DNA from: Thermodesulfobacteriota bacterium
GTDB lineage: Bacteria > Desulfobacterota_D > UBA1144 > Nemesobacterales > UBA2774
Length of the DNA: 64,000 nucleotides
Direction of reading: 5' to 3'
Assembly (NCBI GenBank): GCA_965223335.1
Contig: OZ244991.1
Coordinates: 1,728,001 to 1,792,000 of the forward strand
Under the pieces are notes generated by a model that was given only the letters and a program-made list of their open reading frames with translations, searched no databases and was not told the origin of the DNA. Both the position numbers and the translations under genes were made by a program. This document shows, piece by piece, positions 62,800 through 64,000 of this stretch (positions within the stretch are counted from its first letter, which is position 1; the number at the start of each line of letters is the position of its first letter).

Positions 62800-62955
62800 T
62801 TCGCTTGGTAGTTGTTCTAGGCTTACATAATAGAGCAAATCGATTTGGGAAATCTCAAACAAGGCATCCAATAACAGATCCATACGCTTATTAACGCCGT
62901 GTGATTTTTCCGCGAAATCGCCCGGGAGGTACTAAGAGACAAACAAGATCCTCAT
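62800..62955 (-). pseudogene. Truncated duplicate of the 5' end of the GT4 gene at 59735-60967
   Basis: Translates MRILFVS*YLPGDFAEKSHGVNKRMDLLLDALFEISQIDLLYYVSLEQLPSE versus intact MKILFISKYFPGDFAEKSHGVYKRMDLLLDALSEISQIDLLYYVSPEELPSE; TAG at codon 8; similarity ends after about 52 codons. Confidence 0.9.
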
Positions 62956-63998
62956 AGTTGAGTTAAGAGCCTAATATCTTTACCGTAAAGGAGCGATAAT
63001 TCTATTTCCCAAAGATTTACATACAAGTTCTTATTGATTTTCTTGGGTTTTATTTTGTTGTTCTCACCCTTGATTATACTTTCAATATCCGAGATGGCAC
63101 TGTTTACCCATGTGTACAGACGCATGTGTTGTACCATTGATTTATCGATTAAAAGTTCTGAAGTGTATTGATTAATTGATTCGGTATAGATTTTGTGGAT
63201 TACTGATGAACCATCGACCATATCTTTGTATATCTTTGTGAATTGTTTTGATTCCCATGCGTGTGTGGCATAAAAACAATAGAAAGTTATAAAATATATA
63301 AGATCAGCTAATGGCAAACCGTGGCGCTCTGCTGTTTCCCAGTCAAAAATCCGTACCTCATTATTCTTTGTAATTAACATATTGCGCGGGTTTAGGTCTC
63401 TATGTTCACAGACTAAATGAGATACTTCTATACGGTCCAGGTAATATAATGACAGATCTAGGAACTTTGAATTTACAACTGACTCTAGCATCTTACGTGT
63501 TGAATTGATCCGGGAGTGTATCAGTTGTTTCTTCCAGTCACCTTCGGGTTCATGCTTGGTGCAGTCAGCTAGTGAGACCAACAGACTAGTAACGCTTGAG
63601 ACGATCTGTTTGTCTTTCTTGGGCGTGCGGGCCAGAGGGATGATTGTGCCGGAAAGATATGTTTGAGCTGTAAAAAAATTTATTTCGTTTCTAGGACTGT
63701 AAAGCATTTTCGGAATAGAACCTTCCAAGGGGATATATCTATTTAGTTCGTTGATTATCTCTAATTCATTCTTAAGGGGTAATATGGATTGTTGAGCCCT
63801 CGGAATTTTTAACATCAATAAGGGGTCTTGGCGATCATAACTGAAAATTGCGAGAATTACTTTACTCCCAAGGAAGCGACCCACAGTGATCATTAGCTTA
63901 GAAAGCTCTTTTTCCTGGTAATTGAGCTGTAATTGTTTAAGGATGTGTCTAATTGTGTTAGAGATGATATTATTCAAGCTAGTTCCATCAACAATCTC
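62952..63998 (-). CDS. APH-like phosphotransferase, paralog of 60971-62635, 5'-truncated by window edge
   Basis: MLKIPR, HRDLNPRN, IFDWE, GLPLADL; frame is open to the window end. Confidence 0.82.
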   Translation of the reverse strand, partial: EIVDGTSLNNIISNTIRHILKQLQLNYQEKELSKLMITVGRFLGSKVILAIFSYDRQDPLLMLKIPRAQQSILPLKNELEIINELNRYIPLEGSIPKMLYSPRNEINFFTAQTYLSGTIIPLARTPKKDKQIVSSVTSLLVSLADCTKHEPEGDWKKQLIHSRINSTRKMLESVVNSKFLDLSLYYLDRIEVSHLVCEHRDLNPRNMLITKNNEVRIFDWETAERHGLPLADLIYFITFYCFYATHAWESKQFTKIYKDMVDGSSVIHKIYTESINQYTSELLIDKSMVQHMRLYTWVNSAISDIESIIKGENNKIKPKKINKNLYVNLWEIELSLLYGKDIRLLTQL

Positions 63999-64000
63999 TG

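Noticed and set aside
60971..63998. Aminoglycoside resistance genes
   Set aside because: Only the generic APH/kinase fold motifs are seen; size and EPS-cluster context argue against resistance
1..64000. tRNA, rRNA, CRISPR array, transposase or integrase
   Set aside because: None recognised; intergenic gaps are short and show no cloverleaf or repeat-spacer pattern, though no scan was run

Overview
Bacterial chromosomal window from a diderm (outer-membrane beta-barrel, lipoproteins, Wzm/Wzt). The gene style suggests a deltaproteobacteria-like lineage such as Ca. Dadabacteria; that is an inference I cannot check here. Left to right: (1) a 5'-truncated hydantoinase/oxoprolinase gene and a UGM-like flavoprotein facing a minus-strand Wzm/Wzt surface-glycan cluster (3.3-13.5 kb); (2) housekeeping genes (Nudix, ssb, cupin, glmU, glmS, purD, one orphan); (3) a contiguous str-S10-spc-alpha ribosomal protein superoperon (20.3-40.0 kb) that lacks rpmD/L30, contains an L36 gene missed by the ORF track and ends in a 320-aa L17; (4) cofactor genes (LLM oxidoreductase, TIGR01777-like, pdxH, ubiE/menG, metF); (5) a three-gene operon preceded by two Fur-like boxes (porin, TGAT-motif FMN-binding protein, His-bearing membrane protein), a candidate iron-regulated extracytoplasmic redox/uptake module; (6) a secreted DNRLRE/CBM + beta-helix protein downstream of a sigma-54 promoter, palindromic candidate enhancers, a c-di-GMP-I riboswitch and an RBS-sequestering helix; (7) a convergent minus-strand Wzy-type exopolysaccharide cluster with AsnB amidotransferase, D-glucuronyl C5-epimerase and duplicated APH-like kinases, with a glycosyltransferase pseudogene fragment marking the duplication. 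Modules (5) and (6)+(7) are the best candidates for undescribed systems. No rRNA, tRNA, CRISPR array or mobile element was seen. All family calls are by motif recognition; no searches were run.
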